DNA of 60,446 nucleotides, filler included, from Perkinsus olseni (Eukaryota): NCBI GenBank assembly GCA_013115125.1. It is 3 parts of 3 records of this genome, joined end to end, with 100 filler letters (N's around TTAATTAATTAA, not from the genome) between each part and the next. Parts side by side here need not be neighbours in the genome. Positions count along the whole stretch, not along the records: positions 20,230 to 40,343 come from JABANN010000586.1; positions 40,444 to 60,446 come from JABANN010000587.1; 1 more part is not named here. One strand, 5' to 3'. Shown piece by piece: positions 38,460 to 49,775 of this stretch (position 1 is its first letter; each line of letters starts with the position of its first letter). The notes under the pieces were generated by a model. It saw only the letters and a program-made list of their open reading frames with translations, ran no database searches and was not told where the DNA came from. The position numbers and the translations under genes were made by a program.

Positions 38460-38610
38460 GTGCAAGTTTGACAAGTGAACAGGCAAGAATGACAATGTCA
38501 CAAACAAGTTTGACAATGAACACGCAAGTTTGACACATTTCAAATTTGTTAACACCAAGAATGTCAATGTTGAGTCCAAGTTTGACAAGGACAAAAATAT
38601 CACATGCAAG
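38460..38610. repeat. Degenerate ~20-nt minisatellite with CAAGTTTGACA core
   Basis: About 7 variant copies (caagtttgacaa, caagaatgacaa and others). Confidence 0.75.
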
Positions 38611-38691
38611 AATAAAGATAAGGGATAAGGGATATAATAGATAAATAGAATAAAGATATAATAATAGGGATAAGTTATCCCTGACTGGCAG

Positions 38692-39223
38692 TGTACGATT
38701 CGCCACACGATCAAGCGCCCGGCGTGTTCTCGAGGTTATCTAGAAAAGTCCCCGACGGGGACTCCCCGTAGAGAAAGCACTGCGCGGTCCGCTTCAGAAG
38801 GGGTAATTCCCAAAATCCAAGGGAGAAGTACAAAATCCAAGGAAGCGTTTTCAGGGATCTGCATTACCTGGGCAACAGTTCGGGTTTCTGGTTGACCTGG
38901 GTAACAGTTCCGGGATCGGGTTGCCCTGTCGGGTTTCGGGAGGGGTTTCTGGTTTCCCGTTCCCGCCTTCACCCGCAATCCAGGGGTTTTCTCTGTTGCT
39001 TTTGCCTCTCTGTCGCACGCGCTTCCTTGGATTTTGTACCTTTCCCTTTGATTTTGTACTTCACCCCAGAACAGAAAACAGGGATGCGCGTGCGTGCTAC
39101 AGAGTGAGCCTCGATTGGGGGTTTCCTTGTAAATCGTGCTGTATATGGTACTCTCGCCACGACTCTCAGGCTGAGAGTCTCAGCACAAAGGGCGCCGCCG
39201 GCTGTCATCACGCCAATTCGACA
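38692..39223. mobile_element. Possible solo-LTR or foldback element with an internal 37-bp inverted repeat
   Basis: TGT...ACA ends. 38811-38847 matches the reverse complement of 39020-39056 at 34/37. It lies next to an integrase relic. Confidence 0.4.
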
Positions 39224-39619
39224 CGATGGTGGTCTGCAAGAAGCGCCACAGTCGCCAGCTGTTGCGGTCTTCTCAATGCAGTGGTACTGCTTCTGGATTC
39301 ATTGCTAATCTTATTGAATACTTCTCCGATCAGCGGGGAGGACGTCCAGATGCGCCATTATAGTCACAGAGTAGGCGTCACGGTGACGCCGTGGCGCCCC
39401 ATCGAGTACTCGACTTGATTGGTCCTACTTGCGACCCGCAGGTCGCTAGCGACTCATAGGTAACATCCCCATAATCATAACCCCTGTATTATGGTGTGGC
39501 GAAGGCAAAGGATTGAACCACCTGTCGAGAATGCATCACCCTGAAGCCATGAGGGAGAAGGTGAGAACAGAACGTATTGTAATGAGGCCCTCATTATGAG
39601 GGAGTCTTGGTCTATTAGT

Positions 39620-40140
39620 TAGTGACTCGATCCACCATGCAGCACTCCCGGGGCCAAGCCTGATGGCCAACTCCAGTGGATGAAAAACTCACGAAGTAAA
39701 GAGGCTGGGTGGAATGGAACATGGTGAGATGGAAATGTCCAATTTCGGGCGCTTGTTAGTGGATGGGCAGGATGAAATCGGGCGATCCAATTTGGACCAG
39801 TATACAATGGCCGTGGGGGGGATAAGCAGCGGAAGGGGTGGCAGACAGAACGAGGGGAAACACTCTCAACTCTGAGAGTTGAACTCTCATCTCCACCCGC
39901 GACCACACTTCTCGTTGGGGTAGGCTCGATTCGAGTTTCGGGATTGAGTATAGATTGGTGACAGCTCCCATTGGTTGTACTGGACGTAATGGGTTACATC
40001 GAGAGCCATTGTGCGGCGCCACCAACGCCTCGCTATGTCTTGTATAGGTTCTGTCTTTGGTGAAAGTACCACACAAGTCGAGCTTTCTAGGAAATACGGG
40101 CCTAGTGGAATCATGGGTAAGACAAAGTTTACTCATATAG
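39620..40140 (-). mobile_element. Decayed LTR-retrotransposon (Ty3/gypsy-like) integrase fragment
   Basis: RRWWRRTMALDVTHYVQ resembles the zinc-binding-region WWPxMxxDVxxYV. TGPNW...HVPFHPAS resembles DNGPQF...PYHPQS. The fragment is frameshifted. Confidence 0.4.
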
Positions 40141-40343
40141 AGGGGAAGGATCGAAGTCGTTAAATAAATGGAGCGAAACTAAATGTATAATGATGGATTA
40201 ATGAGAATCAAATCATTACCTGCCAACGGTATGTTAGCGAAGATATCATCCGGCAACAGTAAAGAGTTCATACTGTTGTGACCCCATGGTTGGTGAACCC
40301 GACATACTAGACGTAGAATTGATAAAACCTTATATGTTTGTAT

Positions 40344-40443
40344 NNNNNNNNNNNNNNNNNNNNNNNNNNNNNNNNNNNNNNNNNNNNTTAATTAATTAAN
40401 NNNNNNNNNNNNNNNNNNNNNNNNNNNNNNNNNNNNNNNNNNN
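40344..40443. other. Artificial contig-joining linker
   Basis: TTAATTAATTAA at 40388-40399 within Ns. Confidence 0.95.
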
Positions 40444-43400
40444 CGCGGGTCCTTCCCCGCTCGGGCCGCTACATTTGTGAGGTACCCCGCATAGAGCGAG
40501 GCCTCCGTCCACCGAGTGTCCTTCACTAAGCCCTCTCTCTACCCTATCGACCCACCTATTGAGTAATGGAATAAGCCATGTACTGTCCTTGAGGGCATCA
40601 CATACTGCAATGGTGAGGTTACAGTCAGAAGCACTACCAGCGCCGGGAGGGACCCGCACGCCATTCTGCCAGTCTCCGTAGTGTCCTTCGCACAGCTCCT
40701 TGATGAACCTAATCACCAGCCCATTCCTTCAACCCGTAGACCCTGGTTGACACCTCAGACTGGAGAGTAGTAAGTTCCAGTGATCTCTCTCAGGGACATA
40801 CTGCCGACTGGATACACCGAGGTCCATGGCACCGGGATAGCAACCACCCTTCTGGTGGAGTGCATTAGTCTGGGGCTCAGTTCTCAGTACATCTCGAAGA
40901 TTCTCTAGGAATCTCAGCTTGGTGACAGGAGGCTGCTGCCAGAGTTGAGACTGAGGAGAAGCGAAGTGGTGTCAACAACGAGCCGTAGAGCTGGACCAGC
41001 AACAACAGCAAAACGGCACACCCATCCACGGAAATAGAGCAATTCCCTGCGATGCAGTGGTAGAGATCACCTGTGCCTTCTTGAAGCCTCCCTCCACACA
41101 AACCACTGCCAACTTCAATGCGCTTAGCAAGATAGCACGGGAATGGCTGCCCAAGAGATGAGCGAGCATCCAGCACACTCCAGTACGACGGACGAAGTCA
41201 TTACGGCGTGCCTGAGTCGATATCGCCGTTGGCGATGTCGACAACGGTCACCGCGGAGGGGCTGCGATGTTACCTCTACTAGGGGCATGAGGACCTTCAA
41301 GTAGAGACGAGTGAACTTGGTCTTGTTGGATTTGATCCATTGGCAGTTCATGAGGCTACTGCAGTCGTCGTCCATAGGCTCATCATCTGCTTGGTCGCTG
41401 ACCACCGACCGGGCCGACCTACAGCCAAATAGCTCGGGCTCGGGATCGAACCGAGGACATCTGCCGTCGCAGCACCCTGCTCACCTGGCCGCCGCAGATG
41501 TTCTGAACAACACTTTTATGATCTTGTTGAGGCAGTCCCACTCGTAATGCCCTCCCTCATCACGAAAGATGTTAGTGAGGTTATTGAGTTGTTCCGCTTC
41601 CGACTGCCAGCTGATGGCCTCCGTTATCCTCTGAGAACAAGTATGAATGCACATGATACCGGTCAAGCGGTCGAGCTGTGAAGGAGCCGACGCGGCGTCG
41701 GCGACGCCGACTAAGATTTCCAGATATCAAATCCCAAATATTTCCATCATCATCATCAAGTCCGATACCACATAGTGGTAACACGCTGGCTCGTCAACCA
41801 GGTGACTGACCGGCATGGGTCTCTACGTACCTGTCTATGTGCCCTCTCATCAGACTGGGCATAGATCTCCTTCTCCGTGGCGCCCAGCTTCCTCAGCAGC
41901 CTAGGCCTGCTGCATAGTCGTCTATGCCTCTCCAGTTGGACTAGAGTATCCGATACCAACGCTTGGTCACAGCGGATGACCTAGAGATCGACAATAATGC
42001 TTCCCAGAGCGGTTGAAAAAGTCCAACAGTGACGGAAAGAGGGCGGATCCAAAGGGCAGTCTCACCCACGGCTGAGCAGTGGGAGGCGAGCTGGAGATGG
42101 CCTTCTCGTCATGCGCCCCATCATCCTACCGTGCAATTGTTAACCATGGAGCCATGACTTGGATCAACTATGTGTATAAGGCAAGCTGATAGCGCTGTTA
42201 TGCTAGCTGCATCCTCCATGGTGAGATCTGTACATTCACACAGCCTTGCTGTCAGCTCCGCCGATGCCTTCTGTACCTCCAGGCCACGCAGGACCGGGAC
42301 CACCCTGAGGGAGCCATGGATCAGTGGGGAGTCACTGATTATCAACTAACCACACTCGGAGCTAATACAGATGATGTTTGTAGTAATACGGAAGAAGCGG
42401 CGGTATACGTCGTAGTAGGGAGAACAAGAGAGAGTACCGATTGTGGTAATAACGGTAGAGGACAGTCGCGATGGTAGTGATAACGGTAGAGGACAGTCGC
42501 GATGGTAGTGATAACGGTAGAGGACAGTCGCGATGGTAGTAATAACGGTAGAGGGCAGTCGCGATGGTAGTGATAACGGTAGAGGACAGTCGCGATGGTA
42601 GTAATAACGGTAGAGGACAGTCGCGAAGGCAGTAATAACGGTAGAGGGCAGTCGCGATGGTAGTAAAAACGGTAGAGGGCGGTATCCAGCGTAGCAATAA
42701 CAATGAGAACACTCTTGTTGTAGGAGAGGCCGTAGCAAAGACGATAGCGGTGAAGACTTACGTCCCTCTTCCAGTGGCATCAATAACCCCACCAGTATGA
42801 TATAGCGATGTCATGAAGGGTATTATACACTTGAAGACGTAAGCTCGAGGGGTGGCCAACTCCTTATGTTTCCCCAACCATACACAAGACGACAATACCG
42901 TCGATGCACGGCCATCATCCAAGCCTTGATGCGAACCTAGAAACAGCAGCAGCAGACAGGCGTTCCTCCATGAATATCAGCGTGCCTGCCCCTCTCACCA
43001 TTATCCTTGGCAGAGCCGCCCGCATAGAGGGCCTGCTGCCTCTTGTGCGCCTCTAGACAGCCTGTAATGGTATGAGTAAAGTCAGTCATCAGCTCAGCTA
43101 TCATATTGCCAGGGACAGTCAGAACCGCTTCTGCTGTATGAACCAACCTAACCAGGGCCAGCTCCTGCTGTACCAAGACTCTCAATACTGTCGTTTTCCC
43201 CTTTCGACCAGCGAGAGCATCAAGAGCGTGAGTTGGCTACCCTCTCGAACTCGGCAGCAGAATAGGTCAACGTATGGTACAAATTCCTGCTGTCTTCAGC
43301 TCACCTTATAAAATCAAGTAACGCTGCCTTGACGCCCACCCTGGTGCATGACATCAACAGCCTGACCATATTACCCACCGGCAGGACTCGTCCAAGTAGG

Positions 43401-46400
43401 GCCGCGACCTGCCATCAGCAGTCATCACCCAGCCGAACAGACCAGCAAGCCTCACCCTGCCATCCTTCCTTCTCGTCTCCACAGTGGTTTGAGTGACATC
43501 ATTAGAGTCCGTGACGACCACTGCCTCGGCGTCATCCGTAGCACAGACGCGCAGCAGGTCCAACAGCTCAACGTAGTACCTCGGGTTACCGGTGTTCAGC
43601 TGCCCCACAAGGCTTTGCATCACAGCAGAATTACCTGACCACCAAGTGCGAGCGCTCGATACTACAAATTCCATTGGAATGTCCAACACTCCCCAATCTA
43701 CAAGGCACCCGGCTTCTCAGCTTGACAGCTGTGGAAATTTCCTCCACTCGAGAGTATTCAACAGAGAGGGCCTCGTGGTCTCACCCTTGGCGATGGCAAC
43801 GTAGAGATCCCCCAGCACGTTAGGGACCTCACAAAGACTTCCCGCTATAGTTAGCCTGATGCCGCTGTCCACTAAGGAGGCGTCCAGACATTCTAAGAGA
43901 GTTCTCAAGGCCTGTATCTCCACAGCCATTGGGCGCTGGGACAGGATACGCAGGGAACAGCTAACGTACTGTTCGTACCTGCCAAGGCCGAGGCCGCTGA
44001 GGGCAAGGCGTGAGCAACAACGGAATTTTCCATGTTGCAACGATTCGATCTCTTCCTCCCGGTGTGTGGCACCGCCGCTACATCCTATCACAGACGTATC
44101 AGCGATTCTAGATCTTAGAGACTAGTGGCTCTATGAGTGCATTCTCTCTGAAATCTAGAGAGAATGCACTCATTAGTAAACCATACAACCCGCGGCGGCG
44201 CGAACGGAAATTGATGACTGGTGAGAATCAGAAAAGAAGCAGCCTAGAGAATCCTACCATTCTGATGCCAGCTCCTTATTAGCACACAGTAGCTCGATGC
44301 ACAGTCGATTAGCTCCTCTGATGTCATCCTCAGCATGCCGCAGGTAAATCGGGAACTCTCTGGCCAATCGCCGTATCACCGTCCTGTAGCTGGTGGCATG
44401 GGCAATAGTGGTCAAAGTTGAATAACAGTTCTCCCACACCGCCACGCCCAAGTACGGTATTTTCAGCAACTCTAGCAGACGCTCATGGACCCCTAGGGCA
44501 ACATAGAGGTCGGTAGCCCTGAGAAGCACGCCCTACCGCCATAGACAACCCCTTCTTCCGTCGACTCACTTCGTCAGTCCTGTATGGTCATCAGGAACAA
44601 GGCTAGCTCGAAGCTGTCCCGAGGCCCTCGCTGCCAAGAGCATATCGACCTCTGGCTCATCCAGTATCCTCGCCAATTCCACAGTCCACTTCTGCACACT
44701 GTCCAGCAGGTCCATTTGGCCCTCCTCGACATAGTGAACTCTGAGGAGTGACCTCTTAAGCTCAGTATGTGTGGCATGTAGCCGTAGTAGCATGCTCGCC
44801 AGGCTCTCTTCAAGGTTCGAGTCCGTTGTCCTGTGCAGGGCGTTGAAGCACTTCTCCACAAGATTAAGCCCAGGGTCCAGCAACGCATCCCCAATACCAT
44901 CTACGCCACGACCAGCCACCACCATCAACACACGCTGATGTAACTGCAAGTCCTTTATCGAATGCAGTACATTGAGAGCCTCCACTTTGCATTTCCTCCC
45001 ACTGATCACCCTCCTCTGCACCTCTTCCTCCGTCCCCGTCACGAACTGCTCAGTGCTGGCCACATGGATGAGCTCCCTTACGGTACAGAGTCTGTCCTTA
45101 GGGTCGTTGTACATGTCGTTTACAGTAACCGCGTGGAGTAGCTCAAGGGCCGCATGAAGAGCTTCATTCACTTCAGGCTGATAAACACCCCGATGCACGA
45201 AAGCTAGGAGAAGGTCGAGGAGCCTTCTCGGACCCTCCGCCGTCTCCACCTGCATGTTCTCGACGGTTCTATCAACCACCTGCCTCTGCCAAGTGATGCC
45301 AATGGTACCGCTAGGGTACTGGTCCAATGCTCTGTCCTTATCCACTACATAGGTCGTAGACGCCAGCTCCTTCCGACTCCAGCCCACTTCGCATACATCC
45401 ACAAACAGCGTTAATATCATCCTGCACAGCCCCACCACGGCGATACATGCCATGGGCGCCTCGTACTCGGCCTTGAAGCAGCTGACCATTGCTCGGTCCA
45501 ACTCCTGCAGCAGGGGCTGCAGCTCCACGTCCAACACCGCCAACAGCTGCCTCGATATCTCGGGATTATGCTGGGCAATATCTCCTACTAGAACCTGGGC
45601 TTGCAGGAGAGATCTCGCGCCGAGTTCACCTACCACGTTGAGAAAAAATAAAAGAAATATCAAGATTGCAAGACGGAGTACCTGCTATACTGCTCCTGAG
45701 CTTCTCCAAGTATGCTGGAGTGTTGCAAATGCGATCATAGACCATCCTCTGCGCCCGCCTGGACTTCCTGCACACACTGCTGATCGCGGTGGCCCCTCTT
45801 ATCAACAGCGAGTTCTCCTCAGTCGTGAAAGTCACCTCTACAAGCTTCTCAACCTGACCGAGCCCACGTGGTGAAGAAATCTTTCGCCTGCGCAACAGGA
45901 TACCTGCGCCTCTGAGATGCTGAAGCACCTCCTGGTACAGACCCCTGCCACCCCTTCGATGGAGGCAGGCAAGGCCTTCCACAACTTGATGGCTATGGCA
46001 TTGACAGTGTCAGTGTGAAGCGACGGGATGAGGCACGACAACAGTCTGAATGACGATGGGGTGGATCATCCACCGTGGATGACAGGGCGACAAGTAGTGT
46101 CATCACCTCCCTTTCCTAATACTCGGAGGATGCTTCAATATTGCACTCAGTGCTCCCATCTCCACCGCTGCTCGGACTAGTAGGCCAATCGGACCCTAGA
46201 AGGCACGAGTGGGGACAGCATACGTGAGGCTTTAAGCTCACCCTAGCCTCCTTCCAAGGTTGCAGTAGATTCCGAAACTGCAGTAGCGCGTCCGAGTCCT
46301 CAGTAAAGGTATCCACCCGCCACACAGCTTCCCTTACTGCCCTTTCCCATATCCTCCCTCGGTCCTTCTTCGTATCAGTCACCCGCTTCGAGCGCAGTTT

Positions 46401-49400
46401 GCGGATATAGATCGGGCCACAGCGGGCGCCCCAGGACATAGACTCTATCACAACAGCGTTGTCCTGTCGCCCCCTCCTCCGACCCCCCTTCTGATGGTCA
46501 CCGTCCTCGCCGTCACTTGCCTTCGACCCACTGGCCAAACTGAGAGTAGTGAGCTGCTTCCGTACAATAGCCCAATTGCACATCTTCTGATGCTTGTCAT
46601 GGTCGACCTCCCTCGAAGGTGGCAGCCCTTCGAAAACATCATCATCCTGCGAGACAGAGTGCTCGAACCTAGCCGCCCTGTTGCTAGCCTCCTCTGTCGC
46701 CCGCCTAGCCGATCGTATCCGTTCAAGCTCATCCCAATCACCCTTCTCTGCCTCCACCACTTTGAACCAAGTCCCAGGGCTCCCCTGGGTATAACAGTCA
46801 GTAGCCTCTAGACAGTGGCGGTAGATGCCATAGTCGCCCTCATCAACCGATATGTCCACACACAGTAGCTTCCCCGTAGCCACATGCCTGAACTGTGCGT
46901 ACCGCCCCAGCTCCACTTCCTCACCAAATTTACGGTATCGGCTCACACAAAGATGATACTTATCGCAGACTTCAACGAACTCCAGTGAGCTCTCGTCACG
47001 GATATCAGCAGCACCACTGCCGGGGTTCACCGATGACGTTGAATCGTCATCCTCTATGGCCTGGTAGTGCTGCTGCTCCGCTCCGCTGTAGAGACCAAGA
47101 GAGTAGCATCGCACGCATACACGAGTGGCTGACACCGGATGCTGATAGTAGGCGAGACTGACAGCGACAGAGAAAATGACAGCGGAGCGAAGCAGTCGCC
47201 GTCGTCCAACCTTGTATCATGGCCGCAAGTGGAGCATGTCGTCCCAGTCTGTTCCTCAGGCGCTGCTGCTCCCCCTGTTGCTGACTCGTGATAGAAGAAT
47301 GAGTGTAGGGCATCACAGTACTCCACATCCAGCCTCACTACTCCCGATAGACTGAGACGGGAGCATACCGTGTCTGCTCTACCGGCTCATCAGCCTCTCG
47401 GTCATCAGCCTACCTGCCCCCTGTGTTAGCCCCCGATTCCGTGTTGGCAGTGGTGACACTGGGCTGCAGTCGAAAAGGTACCGCGAATGTCTTGAGGAAG
47501 GTCTTGCCCGTGTGAGGATTATAGTAAGGATCGGTCCATAGGGACCTCGACGACAGGATCGAAGAACGATACCTGCATACTGCGTCCGTGCATCCAGAGG
47601 TCGGGAGCTAAGGCGTCCCTATTACCACTCACTAACCTGGTAAAAGCTACCGCTGGCACCATCAAACTCCTCGACGGTAATCTCCTTCTCTCGGCGCCCA
47701 TTTACCTAGTGAAACCCAGTCCACGCCAGAAGGGCCTCAGTCTTTCCTCACCTGTCGACTGCTGCGAGAAGCATAGGTCATCCAGGCAGGTTTATTAGCA
47801 TACGCTTGAGGCTCGAATGCCACACCCATGCCGAAAACCCGCCCATCCTTCGCCAAGTGGGCCTCAGTGAGATCCTTGAGGCCCGCGTCACTCAACGGTG
47901 TACTCTGCTCTGCCAAATGAGCTGCCAAATTCACCGCAGACTGTGCCAGGGAGTCAGCTAGTTTATCAGCCTCAGCCGCAGTAAGATACGTCGGATGGCG
48001 GTGGCTGGTGCTCATCTCCGAGGCTTCCGGCGTCACACGACTGCTCCTCTCACTCGACTTCATCTCGGCCGCCTACAAAGAGCAGCTAGGGACCATCCAG
48101 TAACAGCAGCGGCTGACCTTCAACTGGCTGTCTAGACAGACCACACCAGCAAAAGCATTCCTCCAGTAGAAGGGCACGGCATAACCAAGGAAATCACCAT
48201 CACTACTGTAGCTATTCCAGACCCCTCGACCCTGTCGTTTGGCCTCAACGTACCTAGTCAAATGAGTCGACCACTAACTGGGACGCTGGTAGTAGTACAG
48301 CTCGTTGCGAGTATAATCCGGACCCTGCGGAGGGATCCACTGATAGAACTCTGCTTCAGCCACCTCCTGTTCCCTCGACTGTTGAGCCCTTGTCCGATCA
48401 CCAAGCTTACAATATCTCGGAAGATTCTCGAAGACATAAGGTTCGAAGCACACTGCCATGTATTTGATACTAGCACTGGACTCGAACTCTTGCAGGAGCA
48501 ACTGCTCTATGTACTTATCCGTTACCATGCAGGGGTTACTCCTCTCCAAGGCAGCCACCACACGACGAGGATGCACAGTCTGAGGCACGGACGAGTAAAC
48601 CTTTGGAGAACTCAAGCCTCGGCAGTTAATACGCAGCTTGAAGCGTGGGTTGCGCGTACAAGTAGATTCTACTCCATGGCAGACGGACGGGCTGCCGCCA
48701 AATAAAACGACAAGTTCTATATCCAAACGTGATCACACTGCCTTCCGAGGCTGAGGCTCATCATCGCAGCATTGGAATGAGGAGGGAGGATGCGTTAAAG
48801 TCCATATCCCTTAGCCGAAGGAAGCGCTCTCTACTACCTGCATCTGCATCCACGAAGGGACGAATCGATCCGTCAGCTGCTGGCTTGCTGCCAACTGCTG
48901 CGCCGGTGAGATAGGCGGGTCATCGGACACAGCTTCTACCTGCGGCGAACCTCATGATGGCACTTCCCGACCTCTCCGTATCTTCCATGGGTGAAGCTTG
49001 GATACCCTCTCTAGTACCTCCCATTCGCAAACACTCCAGTCAATGCCCTTTTGGTCCATCCCCTCAGGCAATGGCCATTCCTCGATCGTGTCAGCCAGCA
49101 CACTACCGCCTTGCGGGGCGAAGATACTCTCCTCTCCACAAACGAAGAAGCGGTCCCCCACCCGCAGTGACTGCCTCTTCCTCGATCCGCCCTGAGCACT
49201 ACTCCTTGGCAGCCCTGTCTAGCGAGGCAGCCCTCCTACCATTGGTTCGACCATCTCCTCAAGCGTGAAGGAACCGCAGTCGTTAAAAATAGGAGCCACT
49301 GGAAGAACCTTCTTAGGGGGAGCTGCTTCCACTGGGGACACTGGTACGGTCTCGACAGGCGATCGGTTGCTCACTACGAAGGTTACCTGGTCAACTACCG

Positions 49401-49602
49401 ACCTCAAAGATGCGTCTACGATCTCTGCCGGGGGTACTTGATTCTGGACTGATGCCGAATCTGACGCCATGTTATCATCCTCCTCTCTCCCCGAAGAACT
49501 GAGTGAGCCATTGGGTGTGGGAGTTGTGGTAGCCGCCGTGAGGCTCAAGTTTATGTCCTTGCCTTCTACTTTGGGTAAAGTACCGTTGGTAAGGGCTGCC
49601 AT
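40444..49602 (-). CDS. IP3-receptor/ryanodine-receptor family Ca2+ channel with two inserted Cache (PDC) domains; C-terminal channel region cut off by the contig join
   Basis: N-terminal LRVGDRFFV and GSVITFG (suppressor-domain-like), MIR motif RYAQFRHVATGKLLCV, RIH1-like HQKMCNWAIVRKQL...GPIYIRKL, RIH2 LGVHERLLELLKIPY (cf. IP3R MGAHAVVLELLQIPY) and RIH-associated IRFIKELCEGHYGDWQN (cf. LRFLQLLCENHNRDLQN). The motifs are in correct order across many short introns. Confidence 0.85.
42444..42680. repeat. 31-bp minisatellite in an intron of the IP3R-like gene
   Basis: About 7.5 copies of ataacggtagaggacagtcgcgatggtagtg. Confidence 0.95.
44133..44173. repeat. Perfect 17-bp-stem hairpin in an intron of the IP3R-like gene
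   Basis: atgagtgcattctctct-gaaatct-agagagaatgcactcat. Confidence 0.9.
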
Positions 49603-49775
49603 ACAGAGGGTACTACCAAGGACTAGCTCCCGCAACCATTAAACGACACTCAACTCGACAGCGACGAAGTCAAGCAGTGGAGACAGAACTTTTTGACAAA
49701 AAACGCGCTGATGTCGGCGGAGCGAGGCAGCAGAACGACGCAAGACCCGCCACCGTTGTCAAATGAAGCGGTGGC

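Noticed and set aside
42444-42680. 31-bp repeats as a CRISPR array, and ORFs 42346-42792 and 42362-42712
   Set aside because: Head-to-tail copies with no unique spacers, located in a eukaryotic intron. The ORFs are repeat artefacts.
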